A stretch of 63,003 nucleotides of DNA, counting the filler, from Octopus bimaculoides (taxonomy: Eukaryota), in assembly GCF_001194135.2 (NCBI RefSeq). It is 5 parts of 5 records of this genome, joined end to end, with 100 filler letters (N's around TTAATTAATTAA, not from the genome) between each part and the next. Parts side by side here need not be neighbours in the genome. Positions count along the whole stretch, not along the records: positions 1 to 15,386 come from NC_068986.1; 4 more parts are not named here. One strand, given 5' to 3'. The stretch's first letter is position 1; each line of letters begins with the position of its first letter. The notes beneath the pieces are model-generated. The model saw only the letters and a program-made list of their open reading frames with translations, was not told where the DNA came from and did not search any database. Below, piece by piece: positions 1 to 13,494 of the stretch. Made by a program: the position numbers and the translations under genes.

Positions 1-225
1 ATAATGCCCTTGAGAAAGGCATGAATGTCATTGTAGTCCCCACTATTAACTTAAACAATCTAATTTGTCAGTAAATATTTTTTTTTTTCTTACGCACATA
101 AGAATTGTTAACTTCGACCTTCCATGTTAGTCATGTCCAAGTTATCTTTACTTTTTATTCGCAAGATAGAAAGAAAAACGAAACCAAAAAATGGAAGATA
201 TATAGATACAGTGTGTGCTCGCGTG

Positions 226-273
<48 letters not shown>

Positions 274-2399
274 ATACATGTATGTATAGAGAAAGAATAT
301 AATAACGCGCGTCTCGTCTTAAACAGAAAGAAGACTGACTTACCTATTATTATAAACGGACGTCTGGTTTGGACCTTAAAAACAACTTCTAAGTGGTCAT
401 TACATAAACTAAAAACACAGAGTTTTTTTGGATTAATTTACTAAGACGGCTTCTAATAAAGTGATGTATCAAAAACAATTAAAATAGCCAAACTTCCTAA
501 AATGTTTGTTCGGTAGTGTTTAGGATGTAATATATAACTGTTATTTCTTTCTCTTCCACTCCGGCTTCTGGGTTTTTTTTTTCTTTTCCCATTCATGTAA
601 GTGTGCGTCACACGCAACAAGACCTTATTATTAGCAATTTAGTTTTAAACTCTAATTGACAAGCATTACTATACACGAGAGCCACTAGCGTATAGATTAC
701 TTTATAGACATACCAATAGGTAAGTATAAACACAACTGCGAGTGTGTAGACTTCGACACACGCGACTAATAGATACATATGCATTCATGTATGTGTGTGT
801 TTGCTGTAATGTATATATATATATTTTGTATGTATGTATGTATATCTGTTCCTTTCTTCTTGGTCTGGATTTACATAAATTCAGCTGCCAACCAGAAGGA
901 AAAGAGAGGAAAGTAATTTCCCATAGAGATGCACCTGCCGTCAGATCTCTACAGATATGTAAAGTAGGTGTTCCTTATTTGGCAGTGATCTCGCGTGGGG
1001 GAAGAAGAAGAAGGAAGGCGACGAGGCGGGGTATATGTATAAGTATATGTGTGTGTGTAAAGAGAGAGAGAGAGAGACATATAGAGAAAGAAAGAGGGTA
1101 AACTAGAGAGGGGGAGGGAAGAGAGAAATTAACCATCGGATGGCGAGGGGAAAGGGGGCGGAGAGAGAGAGAGAGGAAAAGAAGAAAAAAACAAGAGCAA
1201 CCATCACAACAATAGTCCATACCAAGTGAAGCATGGAAAGAAAAATAGGCACAAATAGGTACTTGTTAGAGGGGAAACAAATAAAGAAAGAAAAGCCCGG
1301 GGGGGGGGCGTGATGGATGTGAATAAATAATTAAAAACCTGCATATATTTTCACATATATATATATGTATATGCATATATATATATAAGCAAAAATGCAA
1401 CTTCCAAAATCTCTCTCTCTCTCACACAGACAGACATACACAAAATAGTTTAAAACCCAAACGGTGACCTCCGCCTAAGCACACACACATTCATTTGCCC
1501 CTCACTATCTCGTAAAGTACCTGTATATTGTGTACCGTGCCCTAAAACACACTCAATTATAAATACTGGGCTTATTTATCCGCACGAGTGTCTATTGTCC
1601 TGTTGTTGTTGTTGTTGCCGTTCCAGCCCGTCCTATGCCATCAGCCCTTACCATATATATCGATCTAATTATCTTCTATCTGTTACGCCGTTAATTAGCG
1701 ATTATATACGCAAGCTGTCTGTTTTCTCTGTCTCACCTTTTCCCAATTTGATTTTGTTTGGAGGAATGAAGAAACGACCAACAAAAAACTTCTAAATTTC
1801 GTTTTAATAATAATTACGATGTTGACGAGGGCGACAACGATGAAGGGCTCAAAAGAGTGGGGCCGTGCAAAATAGGAAAGAAAACAAGAAACAATGGTGT
1901 TTGATTCATTTACTGACCGTCTCCTACGCTGGCATGGATTGAGCATCAATGATAAAGACACGTTAATAAATTAAAATCTATTTCGAATATAGAGGAGCAT
2001 TAAATCAGAAACTCTCCCTGGTTTCAGTGGAGAGTGACAGAAGCAGATACTCCACCCTTTACTTAAACAAGGGACCAATTACCATAGCAAGGTAATCCTT
2101 CAGCTGTGGGCAGTACTTTTTTGCAGCTACGTGGCCTGAAGCGATGAGAAATGAAGTATCTTGCTTAAGCACACAAAAAGCTGTCTGGTCTAGAAATCGA
2201 ACCTACACCCTTTTGAAGGTTAATCCAACACCCAGACTAATATACAACGTATTAAGTGAGAACTATAAATAACAGTAAGAATAGAGAACAATGGAAATAG
2301 TGGGGGGGGGGGGTACAACCAGAGTAATCCTGGGTATTCCACACCAACAGCTGTGTAAAGTAAACCCATTTAGCTAGGACCCATTTCACCACTGCGACC

Positions 2400-3352
2400 C
2401 AGCTTTTGTCAGTTTAATGGAGGGCAGCAGCTCCCCTTCTTTCCCTCCCTTCTTCTTCAAGTATTTTTTGAAATGATTGATGAGGACTTGTTACAAAGCT
2501 TCTTTGCCACAACCACCGAGTAGAGGATGGCTACCTGCTCTTCCTTGTTAGAAGGTTCTTTGGCTTGGATCTTCATGAATACACTCAGCTGATAATCTCT
2601 TTTCAACAGAAACCCCACAAAACAATAATGTGCTTCTTGGACATGTTTAGTTGGGGCTCTAAAGTTCGGGAGAGTTTATTCCAAACAGGCCAAAGAGTTT
2701 GGGAAATTGCCCATAATACTTGATCTGAAAGTCCTCCAGATTGTCCTCATCAACACCCAGAAGTGCTGCCAAGACATCACCATTCATACCCTCAACTATC
2801 CCTCTACAGAATGCAAGAGCTGGTTTTCCACTCACCCCCATTATCCAGCTGGTAGAATACTGTGAATGCTTTGCAACATTTCAGACATCAAACACCCAAG
2901 TTCAGTCTTTGGTTGGTGCAAGACTAAAAAAATCAAAGAGTTCGCTTTAAGAGAAAAAAAAAAAAATCACATGATTGGTAACGACACCTGTTCCACCATC
3001 CAGGAATCTGTGATGTATCCGTCACCATGACAATGATGTCACCTGTGTATGTAGATATAATTGATCTGAGTCTCATTCCAAACAGGATGATCATCAATGT
3101 TATCAACCTCTGCAGGAATAGCTCCACTGCTAAACTGTACAAAAGAGACTGAGTTGAATTAATTACAGGTACACTGAGGTAAGATCTGATACCGACAGGT
3201 CACATCAGGTGTAGATTGTCATTGATATATGTGGTAGTAATTGCACTAATTTGTGCATCTCTAATTGTAAAAGCCCAACCTCTAAGTCAGAAAGCACCTT
3301 TATCAAAATCTTAAAATGCTGAGTAGACTTATGGGCTTAAAGTTATCCATTC
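2400..3352 (-). mobile_element. Degenerate L1/Tx1-like non-LTR retrotransposon RT fossil
   Basis: Minus-strand fragments DNFKPISLLSILR (RPISLL motif, about 3310-3350), LYSLAVELFLQRL and STYTGDIIVMV (decayed YADD). Many stops and frameshifts. Confidence 0.5.
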
Positions 3353-3399
3353 CCCCTCAACCCCTGTTCAAATCCTTCTTCAACAACACCATCACTCCT

Positions 3400-3800
3400 C
3401 AACTCACACAACAAGGTATGCTCCCTGTCTATCAGTAATATCAATAGACAGCTGCTGGAAGAAGAAGTGGTATCCGGGAGATGAAGAATCTGCCTAGCTC
3501 CTACATGGATGACCATGTCAAGTCTCTTGAGAATTCCTCTTGACGGCAGCACCTGCGTGTGACTATAAAATAATCTCAGCAAGTAGTGCTGCTGTGACAA
3601 GAGGAATTTCTGTCGGGGTTTCAGTGGAGCCCAGCAAATCTTATCGATATCCAGGGACACCTGCTCCACTGAATCTAAACAAAATTCCCAACACAAGCTT
3701 GAAGTCCTTGTAGGAACATTAAGTCTTAGGTAGGACACCTTCTTTCCCGGTTCTACCTTTTTCATTGTGATACCATTGAGACTCGGCAGTGTGCTGTCAT
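3400..3800 (-). mobile_element. Degenerate R2/NeSL-type non-LTR retrotransposon fragment (RT end and thumb)
   Basis: ORF 3343-3765(-) contains KVSYLRLNV (YLG-like) followed by APLKPRQK..LL..RL.Y......LKRLDMVI....QILHLP, typical of the R2-clade APLKPQQ...LD..IR...L.LP region. Confidence 0.6.
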
Positions 3801-4132
3801 TGTCCCAGTAATTTACCCTTTGAGATTCCTATCTTTCTGGAACAGCGCTGTCATGCCACTTAACCTGGGCTAACCAAAAGAGGTGCAGATTCTATAACCA
3901 ATAAAAAAAGAAGGCAAATCAGTGTATCACAGTAATGTTGGTCTTAGTGATTTAGGGACTCATGAGCATTCAGTAGGTATCCTTGTTCCCTGGCCAACCC
4001 CAGACCACATGCATTTACATATCCCACTTTCAATTGTGATATATTGGTTTGTGTAAAGATGGGGAAATCCACCTACCTTGTTTTTTGACTGTGGATAATT
4101 TAAAATTTCCCAACATCTTATTCTTAGAATAC

Positions 4133-4369
4133 ATATTTATTTCTTTATTGCCCACAAGGGGCTAAACATAGAGGGGACAAACCAGGACATACAAAGGGAT
4201 TAAGTCAATTACATTGACCCAGTATGCAACTGGTACTTAATTTATTGACCCTGAAAGGATGAAAGGCAAATTCGACCTCAGTGGAATTTGAACTCAGAAC
4301 ATAAAGACAGACGAAATACTGCTAAGCATTTTGCCCAGCGAGCTAACGATTCTGACAGCTCACTGCGTT

Positions 4370-4402
<33 letters not shown>

Positions 4403-4614
4403 CCTTTTTACTATAAGCACAAGGCCTGAAACTTTGGGGGAAGGGACTAGTCAATTACATCAACCCCAGTGTTTCACTGGTACTTAAGTTATCGACCCCG
4501 AAAGAATGAATGGCAAAGTTGACCTCAGTGGAATTTGAACTCAGAATGTTGCGATGGGCAAAATACTGTGAAGCATTTTGCCAGGTGTGCTAACAATTCT
4601 GCTACCTCGCTACC

Positions 4615-4651
<37 letters not shown>

Positions 4652-5210
4652 TGATGATGCTTTAAATTTTGACACAAGGCTAGCAATTTTAGAGGGAGGG
4701 GCTCAGTCAATTACATTGACTCCAGTACATGACTGGTACTTTATTTCATATTGAAGGGGTGTACTAACAAGCCTACCAGCTTGCTACCTTAATAATAATA
4801 ATCCTTTCTACAATAGACACAAGGCCTGAAATTTGCGGGAAGCAGGCTAGTCTATTTCATTGACCTTAGTGCTCAAACGGTACCTGTTTCTTTGACCCCG
4901 AAAGGATGGAAGACAAAGATGACCTTGGCAGAGTTTGAACTCAAAATGTAAAGATAGTGGATATTCTGAGTTCAAATGGTAATAATAATAATAATCCTTT
5001 CTGCTATAGGCACAAAGCCTGAGATTTTTGTGGGGAGGGGGCCAGTCAATTTGATCGACCCCAGTACCTAACTGGTACTTAATTTATCGACCCCGAAAAG
5101 ATGAAAGGCAAGGTCGACCTTGGCGGAATTTGAAGTCAGAAACATCAAGACAGATGAAATACCACTAAGCATTTCGTCCGGCGTGCCAACGATTCTGCCA
5201 GCTCACCACC

Positions 5211-5242
<32 letters not shown>

Positions 5243-5670
5243 CCATAATTATTTCTACTTTAGGCACAAGGCTTTGAAATTTGGGGGGAAGGGGGCTAGT
5301 CAATTGCATCGACCCCAGTGCATAACTGGTACTTATTTCATAAATCCCGAAAGGATAAAAGTCACAGTTGACCTCGGCGGGATTTGAACTCAGAATGTAA
5401 AGGCAGACAAAATACTGCTAAGCATTTCGCCCGGCATGCTAACGATTCTGCCAGCTCACCACCTTAAATAATAATAATTGTTTCTAATATAGGCACAAAG
5501 CCTGAAATTTGGGGGAGAGGGTTAATTGATTACATTGACCCCCAGCACTTCACTGGTGCTAATGGCAAAGTTACCTCAGTAGTATTTGAACTCCAAATGT
5601 AAATGGTCGGAAGAAATGATGCTACACATTTTGTCGTTCGTGCCGAGGATTCTGCAAACTCAATGCTATA
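4133..5670 (-). mobile_element. Head-to-tail array of about 7 copies of SINE family B, separated by (AAT)n
   Basis: Repeated unit (sense) gagctggcagaatcgttag...gagttcaaattccgccgaggtcgactttgcctttcatcc...gtaccag...ggccttgtgcc...agaaagg(att)n. Copies at about 4133-4370, 4400-4615, 4655-4790, 4800-4975, 4993-5212, 5250-5465 and 5480-5665. Pol III A-box and B-box-like motifs present. Confidence 0.8.
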
Positions 5671-5699
5671 ATAATGATAATAAGGGTCTCTGAAAAAGC

Positions 5700-5915
5700 G
5701 GAGAGCTGGCAGAATCGTTAGGACGCCGGGCGAAATGCTTAACGGTATTTCATCCTTCTTTATGTTCTGAGTTCAAATTCTGCCGAGGTCGACTTTGCCT
5801 TTCATCCTTTCGGAGTCGATAAATTAAGTACCAGTTGCATACTGGGGTTGATCTAATTGACTGGCCCCCTCCCCAAAAATTTTGGGCCTTGTGCCTAGAG
5901 TAGAAAAGAATAATG
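5700..5915 (+). mobile_element. SINE family B copy, inverted relative to the array
   Basis: Same consensus as 4133-5670 in + orientation. Further family B copies at about 9210-9530(-), 10680-10890(+), 11090-11270(+), 50100-50325(-) and 58340-58545(-). Confidence 0.8.
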
Positions 5916-6439
5916 GCTTCTGATTTAACCATAAGACCATCAATTTTGAGGGGATGGGGCAAAGCTGAGAGGAAGGGGTTAGTTGAATACATTAATAATT
6001 CTGGGGCTTGGATTGTCTTCTTCATAAATTTTGTAAATATTGAGTAGTCATTAAAAGGGTGACACCATCAAAAACTGTCACACAAGTTGTTGGTTGTCTC
6101 CAAGTCAGTTCTGATTTGGCTGCTCTTTCTAGCAGGTTGGGTAAACAAGTAAATTCCGTCTTGTTAGCTCAAGCAAGTATTTGTCGCTGTTTAAACCTTT
6201 GTTAGTCCTGATGAAACAGGTCTATCATTAAAGATATTTCAATAACAACCATCTTCTTCATTTCTCAATGTTAATCCAAGCGCAGTGTATCTAAGAATAC
6301 ATCCAATATGTCCTTGCTTTTGAAGATAGCAGTCATGTTTAGCAGGTCAGGTGACCCTGTAAGAGGTCTCTACTTGGTATGGGGCTTCAATTTAGTTGGA
6401 GCAAAATAAAACCCCTATCCAACAAGCCAAGCAAAATCG

Positions 6440-6660
6440 CAGTCGTGGCAGATATCGGTATCGTGCAGATGGCACCTGTACCAGTGGCACGTAAAAGCAC
6501 CCATTACACTCTCAGAGTGGTTGGCATTAAGAAGGGCATCCAGCCATACAAACCATTCCAAATCAGACTGGGGTCTGGTGCAGCCTTCCAGCCCTGGTTA
6601 AACCGTCCTACCCAAGACAGCATGGACAATGGACGTTAAATGATAATGACGATATATCAG
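6440..6660 (+). mobile_element. RTE-type 3' tail repeat (family E)
   Basis: gtaaaagcacccattacactctcagagtggttggcattaagaagggcatccagc...ggacgttaaa(tga)n. Other copies at about 10923-11020(+), 13520-13740(-), 40435-40620(-), 44750-45300(-), 51978-52285(-) and 58547-58740(-). Confidence 0.6.
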
Positions 6661-6859
6661 ATTGATTGTGAAACACGGACAAAGAAACAATTTCACCAAC
6701 AAAGCCAATTACAATGTCAGGCAGATGGTGATATACAGAATGATGTATACAAAAACAATCTCACTAAATTAAAAACTTGTCTTTCGGTTGGAGAAAGAAA
6801 CGAAAAGACTAGCAGTAGTTGTTGGCGGCTCTTAAAGAAAAGAAAAAGAGAGAGAGAGT

Positions 6860-6927
<68 letters not shown>

Positions 6928-8410
6928 AAGAAAGAGAGATAATAGAAAGTGTTTGAAGAAGCCGATTTATCACCGACCTCCACACTTATAGACCTCTCCA
7001 GGTGATAGTACTTGTCCTACAGATGTTCTTGTTGCTAATCTCCTCACGATATTAGGCCCTCACTTCAAGTATTTTTACACTGTGCTGTCTGTTATCATAC
7101 TTCTCTCCAAAATTTAGCACCTTGTTTTGTTTAGCAACAATGCCACCACTTGTTACAACTTGCTTCCAAAACGCTAATGGGGGCGGTTTCTTCAAGTTTG
7201 TTCAACCTGCAAGAAATAGCATCCAAATTTTCCTCCAACTGCATCCTACTATGTTGGATAATGTAGTCCTTGATGTGCTCTTCCTGAAAAAATGCGCAGA
7301 CCACAACTGGGACACCTTTAACCATTTTGTTACTGAATTTCTGTTAAAATAGATGGCCGTTGGTGCCAATTAATTTTGAAAATAATGATAAATTCTGTAA
7401 AATAATTTTGTCATAATTCAGCTGGTGTTTGGAGCCAAAATTAATTTGAAATTTTAATGAGATATTTTAATTTAGATCACTTTAAACAATTATCATAGAA
7501 CTTGAGGCAGTATCAGGTGAGATGGTACCAAAAGGGTTTACAAGTGTGTCAGATCAAGGTGTGCCTGATTAAGGCTGAATTTGTTGATCACTATGTGGCA
7601 AATAGAAATAGCAGCCAAATCTCCTTCAAATCACATGCTACTATCTTAAATAAAGATACATTGGAGAATGTTGTCTCAGAAACATAAAAAGTTGAGGTGG
7701 TCGCAACAAAAATATTTTTGAGCATAATAAATCTAGTAATTATCTTAATAACTTGATTGAGAATAACGAACTCATTAAATCCATTTAGTCTGTTTTGGTT
7801 GGATCATAAACTTTGAAGAAATTCCATCCCTGTTCAACCACGGTTTTAAGGACACAAACCTGGACTTGATTCGCAATAACAAACTTTTATTTCATACTGG
7901 ACCCTAAAATTCTCACCCACTTGTTACATTTCCCCTGTAGAACAAACAATAGTCACATTCATTTATAGTTAACCTTTTCCTAATCAGATTTTTAATGAAA
8001 CACAATGTTCGTGCATTTTAATTAATTTTGGAAAAACAATGACAAATGTGGTAGGTTTTAATAAAATAATCAACTTTTTCGTTATTTAATCTAATTAGAA
8101 CATAAACACAACTTAGCAAAGGGTTTTCTTATAATTATAATAGAAGGTTTAAGTTTCAATATAAGCCTTTCATGTAATACAATGAGGGGTGATTACAGAT
8201 GGGTTGTGTTGAAAAAGGGTTAAACCTATTTGTGGTGATAGCAGCAGCAGCAGCTGTGGTGGTGGTAGCGGTGGAGGTAGAAGAAATTATATATATCACA
8301 TGATATATGGTGTTTGATACTAAACAGAAAAACCCAACACACACACAAGAGAGAAAGAGAGAGAGAGAGAAATAATGCATATATAGATACACAGATACAA
8401 ACATGCATCC

Positions 8411-8476
<66 letters not shown>

Positions 8477-8829
8477 ATCGGTTAGAGCTCAGTTTTTTCA
8501 GCCATGGAGCAACATNNNNNNNNNNNNNNNNNNNNNNNNNNNNNNNNNNNNNNNNNNNNNNNNNNNNNNNNNNNNNNNNNNNNNNNNNNNNNNNNNNNNN
8601 NNNNNNNNNNNNNNNNNNNNNNNNNNNNNNNNNNNNNNNNNNNNNNNNNNNNNNNNNNNNNNNNNNNNNNNNNNNNNNNNNNNNNNNNNNNNNNNNNNNN
8701 NNNNNNNNNNNNNNNNNNNNNNNNNNNNNNNNNNNNNNNNNNNNNNNNNNNNNNNNNNNNNNNNNNNNNNNNNNNNNNNNNNNNNNNNNNNNNATATAGA
8801 GAGAGAGAGAGAGAGAGATAAATAGCTAG

Positions 8830-9200
8830 TTAGCTATTTAACTAGATAGAAAGATAGCTAGACAGACATCGATAGATAGACAGGTAGGTAGGTAGATAGA
8901 TAGATAGATGGATAGATAGATAGGTAAATAGAAAGATAGCTAGACAGACAGATAGATCGATATAGATAGACAGACAGACAGGCAGATAGATAGATAGATA
9001 GACAGGTAGGTAGGTAGATAGATAGATAGATAGATGGATAGATAGGTAGATAGAAAGATAGCTAGACAGACAGACAGATAGATCGATAGATAGACAGGTA
9101 GGTAGGTAGATAGATAGATAGAGAGATAGATAGATACATAGAGAGATAGAGACAGACACGCAGACAGGCAGGCAGATAGATAGATAGACAGACACATACA
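8830..9200. repeat. (ATAG/ACAG/GTAG)n compound tetranucleotide microsatellite
   Basis: Directly visible. Explains the spurious YLSI-rich ORFs. Confidence 0.95.
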
Positions 9201-9590
9201 TACAAAATAAGTACTCAACTGGTACTTATTTTATCAGCCCCAAAAGGGTGACAGGCAAAGCCAACCTTGGCAGCATTTGAACTCAGAATTCTGAAGTTGG
9301 AGAAAATGGTGAAACAATTCTACTTGCTCACCACCTTCCTACTGGAAAATAATCTTTTCTACTCCAGGCCCGGTACCAGTCAGTTAGATCAACCCCAAGT
9401 ACTTAATTTATCGACCCCCCAGAAGGATAAAAGGCAAAGTTGACTTTGATGGAATTTGAACTCAGAACATAAAGACAGATGAAATACCACTCAGCATTTC
9501 GCCCGGCATGCTAACAACTCAGCCAGCTGACCTTCTTCCCGCTGGTAAATAATAAAAGTTAATATGCATACTTACATTCAACCAACATAA

Positions 9591-9624
<34 letters not shown>

Positions 9625-10886
9625 TTATTTATTTATTTATTTATGTGTTTCAGCCAAGTGGCTGCGGTCATGCTGGTGCACCACCGTGATATATATATAT
9701 ATATATATCCATTGTAATTTTTTTTTATTTTTAAATCAATGTCTCCTTAAAATGAAATTCTCTCTAGCAATGAATAATTTTTACAGTTTAATCTTTTTTT
9801 TTTTCTTAACTCCACAAATTTAACGACATTAATTAAATTCAGAAAATAATGAGGTCGGTCGATGATTACAGAAAAAAAGAAGTTGTCTACTTTGTAATTT
9901 GTGTATATTATTGATCTTGTTTGGTGTTAATTGCTTTTATAATAAGAATGCGGCTTTGAATGATTGTCATGTATATATTTATGTGCGTGTGTGTGTATGT
10001 GTGTGTGTGTGCATGTATGAGTGTCTATTCATGTGTGTATGTATGTATCTTTCTATCTATTTTTCATCTTTAATTTGTTTCAATCATTAGACTGTGGCCA
10101 TGCTGGGTTTAATGGGTTTAGTGAAATAAATTGATCTCGGTACTTATTAATTATTATCATTATTATTATCATCATCATCATCATTATTATCATTTGAAGC
10201 CTGGTACCTCTTCTATGTCTCTTAAAACCAAATTGCTAAGATATGGGGACATAAACAAACCAACAACAGATGTCAAGTGGTGGTGGTGGTGGTGGTGTGA
10301 GATAAACACAAAGACACACACACAGCATTTCAGCCTGCCAAATCCACTCACAAAGCTTTGGTGCCATGCAGTGGGACTGAACCTGGAACCTGGTAAGGAT
10401 GCAAACGTCTTACCCCCCCCCCCCACACTATTCCCTCTTTCTCTCCCTATCTACCTATCTATATTATCTATTGATTAATGTATATTTGTCTTTCAGACAC
10501 GACGGAGAGCTTTGATCCAATTTCCTCTCGAATACCACACAAGTCAAACCCGTTCAAGAAACACGAACCTGGAATCACATATTCCAAAGCAAAATTCTTA
10601 AACACACACAAACAAAGAAATCCTCAATCTTCGATAATTTCAGAAGAGAAATCGTTCCTAATGATCATAATCATAATTGACGAACTGGCAGAATCGTTAG
10701 CACCACTGGGCAGAATGCTCAGCGATATCTCGTCCGTCTATGTTCCGAGTTCAAATTCCGCCGAGGTCGACTTTGCCTTTCATCCTTTCGGGGTCGATAA
10801 ATTAAGTACCAGTTGAGTACTGGTGTCGATGTAATCGATTCCCTCACTCCCCCCGAAACTGCTGGCCGTGTACCAAAATTTGAAAC

Positions 10887-10922
<36 letters not shown>

Positions 10923-11017
10923 GGAGCCTGGTGTAGCCATCTGGTTTCACCAGTCCTCAGTCAAGTCGTCCAACCCATGCTAGCATGGAAAGCGGACGTT
11001 AAACGACGATGATGATG

Positions 11018-11056
<39 letters not shown>

Positions 11057-12527
11057 GTTGTTGTCTTCGGTAGTTTCAAGCGAGTTTCTGTTACATCAGC
11101 TACTTGATATCAGTACCTGGTGGCATTTTTTTTCCCGGCTCTTCACGTTCAAATTCCGCCAAGGTCGACTTTGCCTTTCATCTTTTTTCGCGGTCGATGA
11201 AAATAAATACCAGGTGAGATTTGAACCCCAAAATTTCAGGCCTTGTGCATATATAAAGTAGAAAGGACTATTATAATTTATTAATACATAAATAGTACAT
11301 CATTTAGTACAAACAAGAAAAGAAAGTTAACATTAGCACGGGCGCGATATATGATCGTGTGTGTGTGTGTGTGTAAAGTTATATTTATATGTTATGTATA
11401 AGCGCATACATATAGAGTGAGGTGATTAATTAATAAATACATACATACACACACATGTGCGCATGTATGTATTTATGTATGTATGTATTACACACACGCA
11501 CACAGTTTTTGCAACTGAATGTGAAATCGAAGTTTATCTGAAGCGATTAATGATCCAAGGGAGATAACCGCCAACAACAGGCGGTAAATTTGAATTTTTT
11601 TCTAACCTGAAAATGTTGCTTTCCACCGATTATTAAACCTGATTCAGTGACTGAATATTGATTAAAAACAATCTACTCATGACAATCCCGTGTATTCAGA
11701 CTACATTATCCAATATATAATCTCGATTAAAAAAAAAATATAGCTAGGTTGTGAATTGAAAAATATTTGGCTACTCTTACTAGCATGTCGGCCGACCACG
11801 TGCAATAGAACGTAGAACTAGTGGAAACACAATAACCCCATCATTTCATTCCTCACAACTATAATTTTGGATATTTGGTACTTTTTCACACACACACACA
11901 CACGTGTGTGTATCTGTCTTCACCACCGCTTGACATCTGCTGCTGGTTTGTTTATGTGACCACAAACTAGCGGTTCGGCACAACGGACCGATAGAATAAA
12001 TACCAGATTCAAAATATTGTCACGGGGTAAAATAATATACAACCTTTGACTATTCCCTTAAGCGCTGAGTATGTAGGCGGCGGCGGCGGTGACACCAGCG
12101 TCACCACCACGACTCTGTCGTTTCTAGGAAACGGTAGATGATCATTCCAGGAATATTTGACTGCTATTTCTAAGTAGGTCCGGTCACCACATAAAACAGA
12201 CACGGGTAACATTTGTGTTTTTGTTTGTTTTTTTCTATCAAGCAGACCTTAGAGATAATTCTTATTATGAAACAGGCCACACCTGTAAGGTAATTTAAGC
12301 AAACATCCTTTTATTCTCTAACTCGTTTCAGCTATGCGGCTGCGGTCAAGCTGGAGCACCACCGTGCATAGAAAAGAGAAACATTTCAGACGATCTTTGA
12401 TTTTCGAACATCACTTTCACTTCGGTCTGTCAAGACCGAATATTTGGGGCTAAAGATCCGACTTAAACACGACTAAACGACTAAACGCACCTCTCATGGT
12501 GCCCAGGAACCTTAATACAGCAATATC

Positions 12528-13494
12528 CACTGGCTCGGGAACGAAATTTGCTTAGGGGGTGCAAACCCAGCCCCCAAAATTTTTACAAATGAGGTCATTT
12601 TTTTATTAACCCATTACCTCCCATAATTCTATTAACTGGAATTTTTTTAATGAAATTTTGATTTCTAGCATAAAACAGCCTTAGAAACATGCTGACATGA
12701 TCAAAATAACATTTCAAAATAACATTTTAAATAGAAATAAGCGAGTGTAAAATTAGCAAACCTCATTTGAATATCAGAGAAATATACTTAGTAGATATAG
12801 CAAAAAGGTTAGATATGTGTAAATATTGACAGATAATCACGAATTTTGTAATTTTTAAGTGATCTCATATGAGATCACTGGTGTAGGTAATGGGTTAATT
12901 TAACACTTCCGATGATTGTCCCTTGCCATGGTGGAAGAGCTTGTGTGTTCCAATGATTCCGAGAGCGATGCCGTCTGGAGTCTTAAACTCTTGGTAGGGC
13001 CACCCATGGCGGCAAGGTCGAGGATGAGATCCCAGACTAAACACGACCAAACACCAACATCGGCGAAGCAAGCAGAGGAGAGCAATCTCAACCCCCCAAG
13101 GACTGACTCCGGCGGAAGAGGGCAACGCCTGGTGGGCAGGCGTGACAAAGGCGGAGAGACTCTGACGGTTCGCTGCAACCAGCATCGTCAAGACTGCTCG
13201 TCTCAATTCTTGAGCCGCAGTGGAGAAGTTCCTGGCCAAGTGCATCCATGTGGCCACCGTGCAGCCACGACCACCTCAAACAATTTACTCGGCGACTGGC
13301 TCCATCTTTCTATCCTTTGAGGTTATTTATATTCTTTGAGAAGAAAGCTAATTAAAACTACTTTTTACAGATCACTTTTTACTCAGTTTTGTAAACCCGC
13401 GAAAAGTAAGTAGGGGTGCAAATTTTGATTTTGCATCCCACAAGAATTTTAGGGGATGCGCTTGCACCCTCTGCACCCCTGTCCCGGGCCCATG
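12528..13494. mobile_element. hAT-type non-autonomous DNA transposon with 8-bp TSD
   Basis: Identical 8-bp direct repeats GCAATATC at 12520-12527 and 13495-13502. Imperfect TIRs CACTGGCTCGGGAAC and revcomp CATGGGCCCGGGACA. Subterminal GGGGTGCA/TGCACCCC motifs. Confidence 0.8.
12903..13320 (+). mobile_element. RTE-clade 5'-UTR-like insertion inside the hAT element
   Basis: ccttgccatggtggaagagcttgtgtgttccaatgattccgagagcgatgccg...ggtagggccacccatggcggcaaggtc resembles recalled RTE/Rex3-Expander 5' ends. GC-rich island with possible TSD ggtta(a)ttta at 12893-12902 and 13321-13329. Confidence 0.5.

Noticed and set aside
4133-5670. Regularly spaced repeats superficially like a CRISPR array
   Set aside because: Units are about 220-bp eukaryotic SINEs with microsatellite spacers. 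No cas genes are present.
7100-7330. Short ORFs 7122-7352(+) and 7131-7325(-)
   Set aside because: No recognisable motif or splice sites. Probably an old repeat remnant.
10496-10670. Open stretch after tttcag (DTTESFDPISSRIPHK...)
   Set aside because: No recognisable domain and no downstream donor. It runs into a SINE.
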